DNA of 53,920 nucleotides, counting the filler, from Circinaria calcarea (taxonomy: Eukaryota): NCBI GenBank assembly GCA_051942165.1. It is 3 parts of 3 records of this genome, joined end to end, with 100 filler letters (N's around TTAATTAATTAA, not from the genome) between each part and the next. Parts side by side here need not be neighbours in the genome. Positions count along the whole stretch, not along the records: positions 18,019 to 35,921 come from JAVECS010000250.1; positions 36,022 to 53,920 come from JAVECS010000251.1; 1 more part is not named here. One strand, given 5' to 3'. Positions 32,818-45,129 of the stretch are shown in pieces (position 1 is the stretch's first letter; each line of letters opens with the position of its first letter). A program made the position numbers and the translations under genes. The notes below the pieces were generated by a model. The model saw nothing but the letters and a program-made list of their open reading frames with translations, did not search any database and was not told where the DNA came from.

Positions 32818-35732
32818 ATGCCACCGTCGCAATTGAAACGGCTAAAGTCATCTTTACGAGAGCATGGTATAGTCGGCCCCCAACAGTCTAAAAAGCAGAA
32901 AAAGCAGGGCGGAAAGAATGGGCAAACGAAGGATAAGAGAGTACAGCGCAATGCCGCCCTACATGGAATACGAGAGCAGTTCAACCCTTTTGAGGTCAAG
33001 GTACCTGCCAGGGGAAGCAAATACGACTTCACAAATGGGGGTTCTAGCGGTGGTAAAATTGGTAAGGGCGTCGTTGGGAGACCAGGAGTCACCAAAGGCC
33101 TGGGTGAAGAAACTGTACGTGCAATGAATCTTCTGAAGGAGCGCTCGAATACTCGCTCACTTCTTATAGCGGCGGAAAACTTTACTTGTCGAAATGCAGC
33201 GGCGCCAAAAGGTCGGAGGTATAATGGACCGCAGGTTTGGAGAGAATGATCCTACCATGGCACCCGAAGAGAAAGCTCTTGAACGCTTCGTCAAGGAAAA
33301 GCAAAGGGGTAGCAAGAGAGATTCACTATTTAATTTAGAAGATGAAGAGGGAGACCAAGAAGAGCTTACGCATTTTGGCCGATCCTTGTCATTGACAGGT
33401 ACCAAGCGGTTGGACGACTACGACGAAGCGGAAATGAGCGATTCAAACGACGATGACGCCTATGCGGAGGGGGAGCGCAGATCACGCAAACGTCGACGAC
33501 TCTTAGATACCAGCTCTGCGGATGGCTTCGTGTCAGATATGGAAGGCCCCATTGCTCCAGAGAGGGCCAAGACGAAGCAGGAGGTTATGAAGGAGGTGAT
33601 TGCGAAATCTAAACTTCATAAATACGAAAGGCAGAAAGTCAAGGAAGACGATGATGACCTCAGGGCAGAGCTGGACCAAGGCATGTCTGACATCTACGCG
33701 CTTATGAGGGGGAGGCAAGGCCCATCTGAAGTCCAACCCACTCGTGATGCGATTCCTGTTGAGTCTAGCATGAATCCAGACCGGGCAGCGCTACTTGGTG
33801 GCAAGGATCGTTCACTGGCAGATAAGGAGTATGATGAGAGACTTCGACAAATGGCCTTTGATGCACGCTCCAAGCCAACAGAGAGGACGAAGACCGAGGA
33901 GGAGCGATTAAGCGAAGAGGCACAAAAGTTAAAGGAGCTTGAGGAGAAAAGACTGGCGAGGATGAGGGGGGAAGATAGTGGGAGTGATGCTGATGGTGAC
34001 AGTCCAAGGCTAAACCTCGAGGGGGACGAAGACATGGGGGGCGATGAAACGGATCCACTAGGCCTTGGGCGAGGTATTCCTACCACAGACCAACGAGAGC
34101 ATCTCGATGTTGAAGATGAAGACGATTTTGTTCTGGACGACAATCTTATCGCTAGTGGTTCCGACGTCGTAGATACTTCTGAAGACGAGAGCGATGGCGG
34201 TTCTGTGGCCAGTTCATCCAGCGATGATGATAAGGAGTTTACCGAGGGACTGTTGTCGAAAGAAGATGCTGGCCGCGAGGGACTCGATCCGCGGACGGGC
34301 CACAAGAAAACCTCGATGTCCACTGAATCGGCCTCCACCCTGGCGTTTACATATTCTTGTCCCCAGACACACGAAGAGCTCTTGGGAATCATGGAAAAGG
34401 TGACTGTTTCTGACTTACCCACGGTTATTCAGCGTATAAGAGCATTGTACCATCCTAAGCTCAATGGTGATAATAAATCAAAACTTGGGGTCTTCTCTGC
34501 TATACTTGTGGATCACTTGTCGTACCTAGCGAATCTACCTACACATCCACCTTTCACTGTGCTTGAGGCACTTATACGTCACATCCACTCACTTGCCAAG
34601 TCATTCCCTTTAGAGGTCGGTCGAGCTTTTCGAGCACGTCTTAAATCTCTCAACGAGGCACGGCCAACTTCTCCGACACCTGGCGATCTTATGATTTTCA
34701 CTGCCATAGCATCAATGTTCCCCACATCGGATCATTTCCATCAGGTCGTCACACCAGCCATCCTTTCCATGGGCAGATACCTAGGTCAGAAGGTTCCACG
34801 ATCACTCAGTGACCTGACAACAGGTACTTATCTGGCTACGCTTTGTTTACAGTATCAGCGGCTGTCAAAACGTTACATACCGGAGGTAGTGAACTACGTG
34901 GCAAACGCGTTGCACTCTCTTGCGCCAGTGAAACCAACCCAGGGCCTGGGATACTTTCCCCATCATGAGCTTCCCGCTAGTTTGCGAATCACTTCTATGC
35001 CCCCAGTGTCAGAAAACAGAAGGAGACAGTTGAAATTTTGGGACATAAGCCACATAGATGGGTATACCATGGAGGCCGATGAAGAGGTCAAACTAGGTCT
35101 CATTGAGACAAACCTTGCACTTGTTGATGCGATGATAGAGCTCTGGGTGGGTAAATCAGCATTCATCGAAATCTTCGATCCTTTCTCGAAAATCCTAGGG
35201 TACCTCTCTAGTACGCCTTGTTCCTCAAAGCTTCCATCTATAACTCAGGTAGGTCGTCAAACCCTAGGTAGGATTTCCCTGATTAACACGACCGGCTAAC
35301 AAGAACACACAGGACAAGATCCGCACCACCCTTACCAAACTCCAGCGCCTCCTCCAACAAGCGCGCATTAACCGCCGCCCGCTCCTCCTCCACCACCATC
35401 GCCCCCTCGCCATCAAAACCTCCATCCCCAAATTCGAGGAATCCTACAACCCGGACAAACACTACGACCCCGACCGCGACCGTGCCGAACTCGGTAAACT
35501 GAAAGCGGAATATAAGCGTGAACGTAAGGGTGCGATGCGGGAACTCCGGAAAGATGCTAATTTCATCGCCCGGGAGAATTTGCGGGAGAAGAAGGAGAGG
35601 GATGCGCAGTATGAGCGCAAGTACAAGAGGCTGGTTGCGGAGATTCAGGGCGAGGAGGGAAGGGAGGCGAATGCGTATGAGCGGGAGAAGAGGATGCGGA
35701 AGGGGAAAGGGAAAGGGAAGGGGGGAAGGTAG
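32818..35732 (+). CDS. NOP14: Nucleolar protein 14 (SSU processome); 3 exons
   Basis: Motifs MPPSQLKRLK, DRRFGENDP, KTKQEVMKEVIAKSKLHKYERQ, FPTSDHFHQVVTP and PKFEESYNPDKHYDPD..ERKGAMRELRKD. Introns 33115-33169 and 35249-35312. Confidence 0.94.
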
Positions 35733-35921
35733 TGGTTGGTTGTGATAAGCTGCAGGTAAAATACCGGTTAGGATAAACTGGAAAACACGGATCAAATATT
35801 TGTTCCACATGAAGAATTCTCTCCCTCGCCCCCCTCCCCCCCCCTTCTTCCATTATTGCCGTGCGTCCTATTCTCTTTTCTTTGCGACGAGTTCTCTCAG
35901 TTTGTCACGTTCCCTTACCAA

Positions 35922-36021
35922 NNNNNNNNNNNNNNNNNNNNNNNNNNNNNNNNNNNNNNNNNNNNTTAATTAATTAANNNNNNNNNNNNNNNNNNNNNNN
36001 NNNNNNNNNNNNNNNNNNNNN
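35922..36021. other. Assembly spacer (N44-TTAATTAATTAA-N44)
   Basis: 100-nt N run containing a six-frame stop linker. Confidence 0.98.
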
Positions 36022-36038
36022 GGTATCAGACATGCGAA

Positions 36039-37057
36039 ATGGCACCGCTCTCCCAAGCGTCTATGGTCAGAGGAGTAATCGTGGACACAGAATGTATATT
36101 GCTGACACAAGGGAGTAGCAAGCGTTGGCAAGACTAAGAGCCTACGTGCCTCCTCCGACCAATTACTTTGCTTTGCCACTGTCCCGGAGAGCAGCTGTCC
36201 TCATAGTCTTATTCGCGGATCGGCATGGTGAATTGAGGGTGGTCTTGACCGAGAGGTCAAGTACTTTGAATTCATGTATTTTCTCGCCATTTTAGACTGT
36301 TCTTATACAAGTCACATGTGATGCTAATCATCGCCAAAAGATGCCGGCCAAGTTGCGTTTCCGGGAGGTGTGTGCTTCCCATGCTCATTGGGGTTGTGCC
36401 GCTTAGAAACCTGCTCTCTCAGGTAGAGCCGACACTCTCGACGAAACCCCGTTTCAAACGGCACGCCGCGAAGCGTTCGAGGAGATAGGTCTACCAAGTG
36501 ACGATTCACAGATACCCCCGCCGTTCCGCCTCGAGCATCTTTGCGAGCTACCCGCCCACGTGGCCCTGACAGAATTGGGTGTCCGACCTTGCGTAAGCTT
36601 TCTAAGCACAGGAGACTCTCCCAATGCAGAGGAGAGTTTAATCCCCAGACTCGAAGCCAAAGAAGTCTCGGCCGTCTTCTCGGCACTGTTCCACAACTTC
36701 CTCTTGGAGCGGGATGAGACCGAGGACGACCCGGTTGAGGCATCCAAGTGGTACAAAGGATCCTGGGGTATGTGGAATCATCAGAGATGGCGAATGCACA
36801 ACTTCTACATTCCCAGTGATCGAAAGGCCAAGGGACCGTCGAGGAAATACTATCGGGCATTTGGATTGACGGCAAGGATACTCGTCGATGCTGCGAGAGT
36901 GGCGTACGGTGAAGACCCTCAGTTCGAATTCGACACTAGCATTGGAGAGGAAGGTATGCTGCATAGGTTAATGGAGATGGGCAGACTCACTGCCAACCGG
37001 AAACCTGGAGATCGTCTGACGCAGGACATATTGGCAAAGGCTGCTGCTAAAATATAA
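36039..37057 (+). CDS. PCD1: Peroxisomal Nudix CoA diphosphatase (Pcd1/NUDT7-like); 4 exons
   Basis: Motifs RRAAVLIVLF, VVLTERSSTL, YAGQVAFPGG, Nudix box TARREAFEEIGL and FGLTARIL; PTS1-like C-terminus AKI. Introns 36066-36118, 36276-36340 and 36368-36422. Confidence 0.88.
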
Positions 37058-37390
37058 ATAAGGTTATGCTGGATATCTATTCGGTTCGATGCAATACTAC
37101 ATATTAGAATCTGACTATACTTAGCCTCCCGGTTGTTGCTCTATAGCTGATATGATCTCATATGAACATGCATGGTATGAACTAAAAATAGCAGTTGTCC
37201 TCAATGAATCTCAGTTAAGCCGACTATCAATTCCATCGAATGCCAACGTAGAGAGTAGAATTCTATACAATTCGGTATTTCAATGGCCAATATGGCATAT
37301 ACGCCGATCCTATGCCATCTATCTAATCTCCTAGTACGCCATATCTCATGCCTTCTTACACGCTACGTATGGAAGGAGGGCGGATAATAG

Positions 37391-39115
37391 CTAATCCTTT
37401 TTCCTTTCTTCTGCCCTTCCGGCAACCACGCCTTCCTTCTCCGCCTCCATAGCCTCTGCCACCTGGCTTTCCTTTGCTTGGCCTTCACCATCACCTTGAG
37501 AATCTGCTCTCCGCTGGTCTTCCTTTTCATCAATGTTCTCATCATCCTTTGGCGTCTCGCGTCCTGTTTCCTTATTCTCCTCATTCTGTTCGTTTTCTTC
37601 CTCAATCAACTCTTGTTGCTCCTTAAGAACCTCTAGCCTTTGCTTATTAGTGGCAGCACCTTCAGCATTGTGAACTTCGAGCTCGATCTCATGGAACAAT
37701 TCCTCGGGAATAGATGAAAGCACGGCCTGTAAAGCATCCATCTGGGAAGAAATCTCAGAGTCCTTGCCTTGGGTATACATGAAAGCGTTGCTGAGGACCA
37801 GAAGGGTAGAAGGAACGCCGTATTTGAGTCGAAGGTCGAGCCACATTTGCAAATCGTCCCGGAGGCGAGCCGGACTCATGCCATGTGTTCGAAGACCCCT
37901 AGACGCACATGCCATCTGGAGCTCCGGAACCGACAAGGAATCAACTCCCTCAAAGGAAATCGCCCGATCATCTCGCTTAATCTGTCTCATGCGGTGGCGA
38001 ATCTGATATCGAAGCATCGCGTCCGTACCAAAGTTGTTAAGGTTCATGTAGCGACACATGCCGACCAGCTGCGGCCGGGAAAGATTGTCTAGTGTAAGAT
38101 CGTCCTTGAATATTTTGCAGACCTTGATTACGTCTTCGTGGTTTGGAGAATCGCCAGTAGCGCGCACCTTCCGAAAGAACTCCGCAAACTCCTCCTTTTG
38201 TGCATTTACAGCACTGACCGGAAGCCCGGTCTCCTTCAATGTTTCGCGGAGAAAGTTGCTGACCTCTTTTCTGGTAGCTCGAAGGTTGGTAGCCTTCGTA
38301 TCCTTTGATTTTTGACCCTCATAAGTGCTCGGAAGAAGGTTTGGAAAGAGCCGAAGAGCCACCGGAAGGAGTAGCTCAGCAAAAGGTACGATGACAAAGA
38401 CCGAGAACGGGACAAGTCGACCAAGGTCTTGCACAGTACGCTGAAGTTGCCGATGTTCCCTTCGACTCAGCTCATAACCAGCAGCCATTTTGAGTGCCAG
38501 CTTGCTGCTTATCCTAACTTCGGTCGCTAGCAGTTTCGTTCCATCCCAGTAGTGCAGAGCTTCCCGCTTGACCTTTTGCCAAAGCGTCAGTTTCTTCTGC
38601 TCCTTCTTTGCGTCAGCCAGCTTCGTCTCCTCAGCCTGTGAAACCACCGCCTTATCTGCGGCAAGTTCGGATAGGCTGCTGTTCGCCATAGCTTCTGTCT
38701 TCTCCACCCCTGTAGCTCCAATTTGGTCTGGCTTTTTCTTGATCTCGGAACCTATCGATGATGCAGAGTCAGACACCGCCTTAGCTTCCGTGGACCGTTT
38801 TGAGGCATCATCGGGTAGCGGTTTCTTCGCCTCTTCCGCATTAAATCCGGGCGGAGGAAAGGCTTGACCTCCACCGTATGATGCAGATGTATCGGTTGCA
38901 TAAGATCGTCGCGAAAAGAGTATGGCAAGCGCCCGTATATGGGGCGGTTGGAATTGGATGCGAGGGTTGAGGAAAGGGCCGGAAGCGGATCTTAAGCTAC
39001 CTAAAGAAGAAATAAGTTTCATGTACATGTACTGACGAAGCTCAAGTTACATACCACTACGTAGTAAAGGGAGCCGTATAGATCCATTCCGAGCGATTCT
39101 GGTAGCAGCACTCAT
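37391..39115 (-). CDS. MDM38: LETM1/Mdm38-family mitochondrial inner-membrane protein; 2 exons
   Basis: Motifs HYWDGTKLL, LSRREHRQLQRTVQDLGRLVPFSVF, FPNLLPSTY, FKDDLTLDNLSRPQL and ELQMACASRG. Intron 39001-39054. Confidence 0.93.
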
Positions 39116-39623
39116 GGTTTGGAAGCCGCGCAACCAGGCTAAAGCGGTGAAGTGAATGCACCGTAGCCAAAATACAATTCTAGAAAGTCAAATAAGCTGA
39201 TCATTAGTACCTTGTAGAAGTTAAATGTGTAGGAAAGATGGTGTGGATGGCGCTGTGAGCTTACAAAATGTCAATCAATGTTGCCTGTCACGAAATCTAC
39301 ACTAGCGACAACTAGCTTCGGGTTTCTGTAAGGCTGGTATTTCTCCGTTTCCGGAATGCTCTCGGCAGAGATGAATGATGAGTAGAGCGCCCCCCTCCCA
39401 ACAATTTCTCATCCACGTCCTACATCTCACACCATCTGTATTGTACATAAATCGTGTCCGTTGCAGGAACAAGCACGTCTCAACATAATGCTTTAGCTGT
39501 ATATATCTGAAGCTTTGCGCTTCTCCACCTGCCAGGAGCAGGCTTTTACGCTCCCTTCCCTCTCCGCATCCGCCATCGACTCTGCAGCTGCTTACTTCCC
39601 TCCCCCATTCCTTTATCACCTCA

Positions 39624-40410
39624 ATGGCTACACCACGGCTCAAAAAGGCTGCACGCGTCATTCTTGTGGGGGCTCCTGGAGTTGGTAAAGGTACACAAGC
39701 CGAGCGTCTCATGCAGCGGTTTCCACAGCTCTCTGCTGTTAGCTCCGGGGATCTCCTGCGCGCAAGTGTCCGGAACAAAACAGCTCTAGGTAGGCATTGG
39801 ATAATCGGATAGCTACCTGATGGTTCTGCGGCTTACCTGTTTCTGCCGTATAGGTCTTCAAGCCGAAAGTATCATGAGGTCCGGCGAGTTAGTCCCCGAC
39901 GAGATGATCTTAAGACTCATACTCAACGAGCTAAAGTCAAAGAGATGGGTTTCTCCCAAATCATCCGTGAGCGATGCTGTGCCTGCAATGCCTTCGGATG
40001 AGCCAGCTGCGTCATTCATCCTTGATGGTTTTCCCAGGACCGCAAACCAAGCATCCCGACTCGACGCACTCATCCCGATTAACCTTGTTGTATCGTTGAT
40101 AACTCCAGTTGATATTATACTCTCGCGTATAGCATCTAGATGGGTACACGCTCCAAGCGGTAGGGTCTACAATACCGGCTTCAATGCACCCAAGGCAGCA
40201 GGCAAGGACGATGTAACTGGGGAACCTTTAAGCAAAAGGCCTGATGATGACGAGGCCACTTGGAAAATGCGGCTTAAGAAGTTTGCCGAAACGAGCCAGC
40301 CATTACTTGAACACTATGAGAAGAAGGGTGTTTTATGGACGGTAATGGGGAATAGCAGCGACGAGATCAGTCCGGCGCTGTTTTCTAAATTTGAGCAACA
40401 GTTTGCCTGA
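39624..40410 (+). CDS. ADK2: Mitochondrial GTP:AMP phosphotransferase (adenylate kinase family)
   Basis: Motifs GAPGVGKGT, SSGDLLR, LDGFPRT and LID RWVHAPSGRVYN...DDVTGEPL. Intron 39790-39853. Confidence 0.9.
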
Positions 40411-40908
40411 GCTTTACTAGCTATACAATGAAATCATCAGCACACCATTGCCTCAGTTTATTGTTAGGTGGTAAGTATTCCAATCAGCGCATTTCGATTC
40501 TAATCGACACTGAAGCCATCTTATCCTCAATCCGTTCCCTGTCCCACAGTAGTTCACCGTTCCATTGAGAATGAAACGATCTCGAATAGGCTGGATACTG
40601 AATCTGGTCTTCTGACCGACTGCGACCTCTTTTGCCAAGCAATATCGCCATGTGCAAAGGCTCATGATCCGGACCCCTTTATCCCGTCCATCGATCCATG
40701 CTCATTCATGTCCAGTAAGCACTTCTCGGGCCGGTATGGCTCCGTGTCTAATCCGTGTCAATGTGATCGCTACGAAACTTCAGAACCAAAAGGATCTTCC
40801 ACTCGGGGACTAGGTAGTTCATACCTCTTGGGAACTAACCATGACTGCATTGTCATCCCAGCAATCCAATGTTCATTCGATGTCCTTCAATAGAATCATT
40901 TTGCATCC

Positions 40909-41689
40909 TCAATCCCCCCCTCCTTTCTCCCCCCTCGCATACGTGATCTTCAGGCGCTTCGGCGGCTTCCCCTCACTTTCTTCTTCATCTTTCTCAGTAA
41001 CTTTCTTAGTTTTCTTAATGCCTGCACCAGCTTTGGTATTCGTTGCACTGTTCGGCGTCGGGTGGTTACTTTCTCTAGCCGATGACAGGTTGGGATTACT
41101 AGCCGTCGGTGTTGCTGTATGAGACGGGGTGGTTTGAGCACTGGAAGGCGGAGGAGAGTCCTGTTAAACGTTCCTGTTAATCAGTGCTCAACAAAACAAA
41201 GCTGTGCAAGCAAATGATTCGCTTAATATGGCTGTGGAGCTGTAAATGTGGCGTTTCATCCTCTGACAAGTTAGAGAAATTGGAATATATGCCTACCCTC
41301 ATGTAACTGGCTGAACTACGACTGAAGACCCTGTCCTGTTCCAGAACCGTTCCTTTCCGTCTGGTAGAAGTACCCCCTCCAGTAGTTGCACCAGTGGTAC
41401 CCGCCGATGAACCTTTGATGTAATTGTCGAATCCCTTGATGATGTTGCCGGCCCCAGTTTCTTCCAGATACGAGGCTTCGAAGCGGTATATCTGATCTTC
41501 GAGGGCAGCCTACAGAAGTGCATGAGTGAACTGAACCTTCTTGTCTATGCCCAGAAGACACCTTACCATGTTTTTATCTAGAAGACGCTTCTTCTGGAGA
41601 GTCTCTCGAAGGTCGCGCTTTAGCTTCTCATAGTAAGGGACTCCTCGGGTCGCATCAGCGTTGGAATTGGGCGCGATGTTTTCGGCCAT
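40909..41689 (-). CDS. EAF6: NuA4/NuA3 histone acetyltransferase subunit Eaf6; 3 exons
   Basis: PYYEKLKRDLRETLQKKRLLDKNM|AALEDQIYRFEASYLEETGAGNIIKGFDNYIKG...DRVFSRSS; C-terminus KRLKITY. Confidence 0.9.
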
Positions 41690-42068
41690 GATCGCAGTGG
41701 TGATGGCAGTAGTGTCAAGATAAGTGATGAAGATGGAGTTAGAAGCTTGGGATTACTTCGGTTCTGAGTTACTTGGCGCGCAACGGGCATTCAGATCTCT
41801 GGGTGTTTGCTTTGTTTGCAACGTGGGGGACCCTATGGTAGTTCATGCATGCAAGTTTAAACTTGCTCAAAAGCGTGCAATTCCACGCGACTCATAGGGC
41901 TGGCCTTCCAAGCCACACTTACTTTACTTTGTATCTTATCGTCACCGACAGTACCATGATACAAGTACCTCCACAAGTCCTCTGTACTTCACAAGAAGCC
42001 TTTCGATTCATAATACATTCTTTCCTCGTCAATAATCTCTATCGCCAAAGGATCAGCTTCATTACAAG

Positions 42069-42733
42069 ATGGATCATAGTGGACACATGGGGCATGGAGG
42101 CATGGACATGCCCTCCGAGGGCCCAATGTGCAATATGAATGTATGGCACATTTATGACTTCGAAAAATGGCGTATTGCCCTCTAATAGACTCTAGATGCT
42201 CTTCACCTGGGATACAACGAATCTGTGTATCATCTTTCACTGGTGGCATATATATTCTACATTTACCCTCCTTCTATCCCTCGCTGCGATCGCCTTCCTA
42301 ACAGCCGGCTACGAAGGCGTACGGGAGGTGAGCAGGCGGTACGAAGCCTCGAGCGCCGAGTATCTAAACAGTTTACCCAGTATGTTCCATCTTAAGCATT
42401 GGTGGTCGCGACCTTGGGCTAAGGTCATGCCTAGGTGATGGTGAAGAGTCGAGCTCACTGCTGTGGCCAGGAAAAAACCAAGGGCGGACGGAGCAGAAGA
42501 CGAAGATGGTGAAGGCCGCCCTTTATGCCGTACAGGTGTTTTACAGCTTCTTCATCATGTAAGCAACACATGTCTGGAGCCATGTTTCAAGAAGAACGCT
42601 ACTAATTGGATCTTATAGGCTTCTCTTCATGACATATAATGGCTGGGTAATGCTCTCAGTAACGGTCGGTGCTTTTATTGGTTATCTAGCGTTCGGTGGT
42701 TCCCCTGCAACCAAGAGTGTAGCATGCCACTAG
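42069..42733 (+). CDS. CTR2: Ctr-family copper transporter (Ctr2-like); 4 exons
   Basis: Met/His-rich N-terminus MDHSGHMGHGGMDM, CNMN|MLFTW, MxxxM motif FFIM|LLFMTYNG, GxxxG and C-terminal ACH. One TGCTCA at 41864. Confidence 0.88.
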
Positions 42734-42790
42734 CGATGCAATTGGAATTGGATTTTATGAGCTCGTCATGATTTTGTATATCTTGAGGTT

Positions 42791-44498
42791 TCACGGTACA
42801 TCATCGTCGTCGGCTTCGCCAAATCCGAAGTTGAAATCTCCATTGTAAATGTCACTCTCCGCTCTGCCATTCACCAGTTGCTCCCATTTCCTCTTCTTTC
42901 CTTGCTTCAACGGCCCGAGCTTCTCCAGAATCCCTGAAAGGAGTCCTGGATGCGCTTCCTCCATCCTCCGAATGAACAAATTATAAGGGTTATCAATCTC
43001 CTTCCTGAACCCAGATACCTGATCCGGCTTATTTTTGAGAAATGCCACGGTCTCCATAAGATGCGCTTTGGGGACAAAATTTTGAGTAATGGCAATGCTT
43101 GGACGGAGATTAACCACAAGATGCCACCACCCTGAAGGAACATGCAGCACTTCGCCTTCGCTACATATGCCTTCCATGCAACCGGGGGTGTTCCTAGCTT
43201 CGGAATGGAAACCAAGGAGCCACTCAGCTATGCTCAAAGGACTTGTCACCTCGCTTTGGTCTTCGGAAACATATACGCCAGGTGGAGGAGGACAAGATGT
43301 GGACGTTGGAAACATGATCCAATACTTGGAGCCACGAATCACGGCGTTCCAGGCACTAATCAATCATCAGACATGTACCACTTGTGATCCTAGCCGAAAA
43401 CAAACCTCGTCGCGTTTGGGTCCTTGTGAAAGGTGCTACCGCTTCTTTCTGGACCCACAATCAACCATCGGCTGTCTGGTCGTTGATCCCCTAGGATGGC
43501 GAAGTAGTCTTCCCCAAAACATTCAGGGGCCCAGTATTGTCCTCCAACGTCTTTGCCCACTGTAATCTGTGTCTTTTCTGCAAAAGCTCGATCAAACAGG
43601 TATAGGGGGCTTTCATCCGAGTTATGATTCATATACTCCACATATGTCTTTAGAGGCCAATCAACTGCCTCCGCCCGGAAAAGGACCTCTCCATATGCTT
43701 TGAGTAACGATTCAGTTGACCAATCTCGATAGACCGGCCAGCATATGACCTCATCTGTCAATATAAACGGCTGATCTGCCCATTGGCTATCAAACTCAAG
43801 ACTTGACAAGCCGGCCAGCCGGGGTATACTGTTTCTGGTTGGAATGTTATTGGTGTATGGATCGAGCGGCACGTGGATACAGAGAAACGGACGATGTAGC
43901 ACGTCTGAGAATAAGTTCCTACAAGAGACTCTGGATACTTTGGCTTCTGGTATTCCAAGATAGGTAGAACGCCACGTCCCACGCCATACGAAAGAAGGTG
44001 GTGGAGATCTGCACATTCATTACTTAGTCTACTGAACAAAGTACGCTTACAATAGCGCAATCATGCAAGTTAGATTTGGTGCTCATTAAATGTACAATGG
44101 TGATGTGACTAATAGCATACTATGATTAATTCAAGAAAGCTTTAACATAAGTACAATTCTTAGATGCACAATATCCCGGCAGTAATCCTGTGGATATCGA
44201 GGACCATTTCGAAAACGCTGCAATGTGCTAAAATAACGGCCCTGGTTTCCACTTACAATAGAAATAGCGCTTTCCACAAGTCCTCAAGTCTGCTGAAGGC
44301 GTATATGGCCTTACATGTACGCCCTAGCTCCACTAAAGACGGTCCGTCGAGATATTCCAGTATCTGGACAATGAGCTCGTCCGGCATGGATGAGAACAAC
44401 CCTGCATTTGCCTTGATATTCTCGTCTGCAGTGTACGCATTGCCTGACGGTCTGATGTCCAATGGATGATGTGGAACAGGCAGGACTTCATGATCCAT
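42791..44498 (-). CDS. F-box + JmjC-domain protein (JMJD6-like); 3 exons
   Basis: F-box MPDELIVQILEYLD; DESPLYLFD; Fe ligands in GSTFHKDPN and VPSGWWHLVVN; AITQNF. Introns 44009-44256 and ~43356-43405. Confidence 0.9.
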
Positions 44499-44780
44499 GA
44501 CTCAGGCCGAGCCGCTGTCTGTCAGGGTTTCAGAATGATATCTTGTCTTCCAGAGTGCGTCTGTCTTGTAAAACATAAGCTCTGCTAAGATTGAGTGCCT
44601 GCGCCGCAGCTGTAGGACCCTCGTAGTATCATAAAAGGGATATCTCGTAATATCGAGGGATGTTTTGGTCGAAGCTCCACATGTCATATCGACATGGTGG
44701 GTCTTTTTAATTGTCTAGCTCTAAGCGTTATAACTCTGTCTCGCCTCCAAATTTCTATTATCATAAATCCATCTTCAGAG

Positions 44781-44787
44781 TGAGTCA
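44781..44787. promoter_or_regulatory. TGAGTCA Gcn4/CpcA-type site in the JmjC/eIF4A divergent promoter
   Basis: Exact heptamer; a second, TGACTCA, lies at 44498-44504. Confidence 0.35.
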
Positions 44788-45129
44788 GCAGTAAGACGGT
44801 GAATCTAAAGATGAATCACCGGCCTCTTCGGATATTCCGGCGCCGGATTTTGGCGCCCAAAACTTTCCACTCCGCCTGAAAAAGTACAAAACTTTTCTTA
44901 CAATCATCATCTTGATACCAAAACCACAACGCATTACTTCAGACAAATCTGCATACTCATACCATCAGCGCTCAACATAGAGAGCTCTGATCAATCATAC
45001 GTACATTTAACTCCTCTCTTCAAGGTCTTGAAGGGTCTAACCGTCCTGATTCTTAGACTGTAAACTCGCACTACCAGAAAGAATCGGATCACAGCGCAAG
45101 CCTGTGATCACCCATAAGAAGTCGCAATC

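Noticed and set aside
33694..34422. Long antisense ORFs (also 6543-6944, 20875-21402, 27011-27529, 47430-47978)
   Set aside because: Shadows of real genes on the opposite strand, with no protein-like motifs.
39375..39510. ATGATGA...CTGA as a C/D snoRNA
   Set aside because: No terminal stem or recognisable rRNA guide; it lies in ordinary promoter sequence.
41161..41296. Extra branch/acceptor and duplicated TTAACAG in EAF6 intron 2
   Set aside because: The alternatives give a 34-nt intron or a frameshift; unsupported without transcripts.
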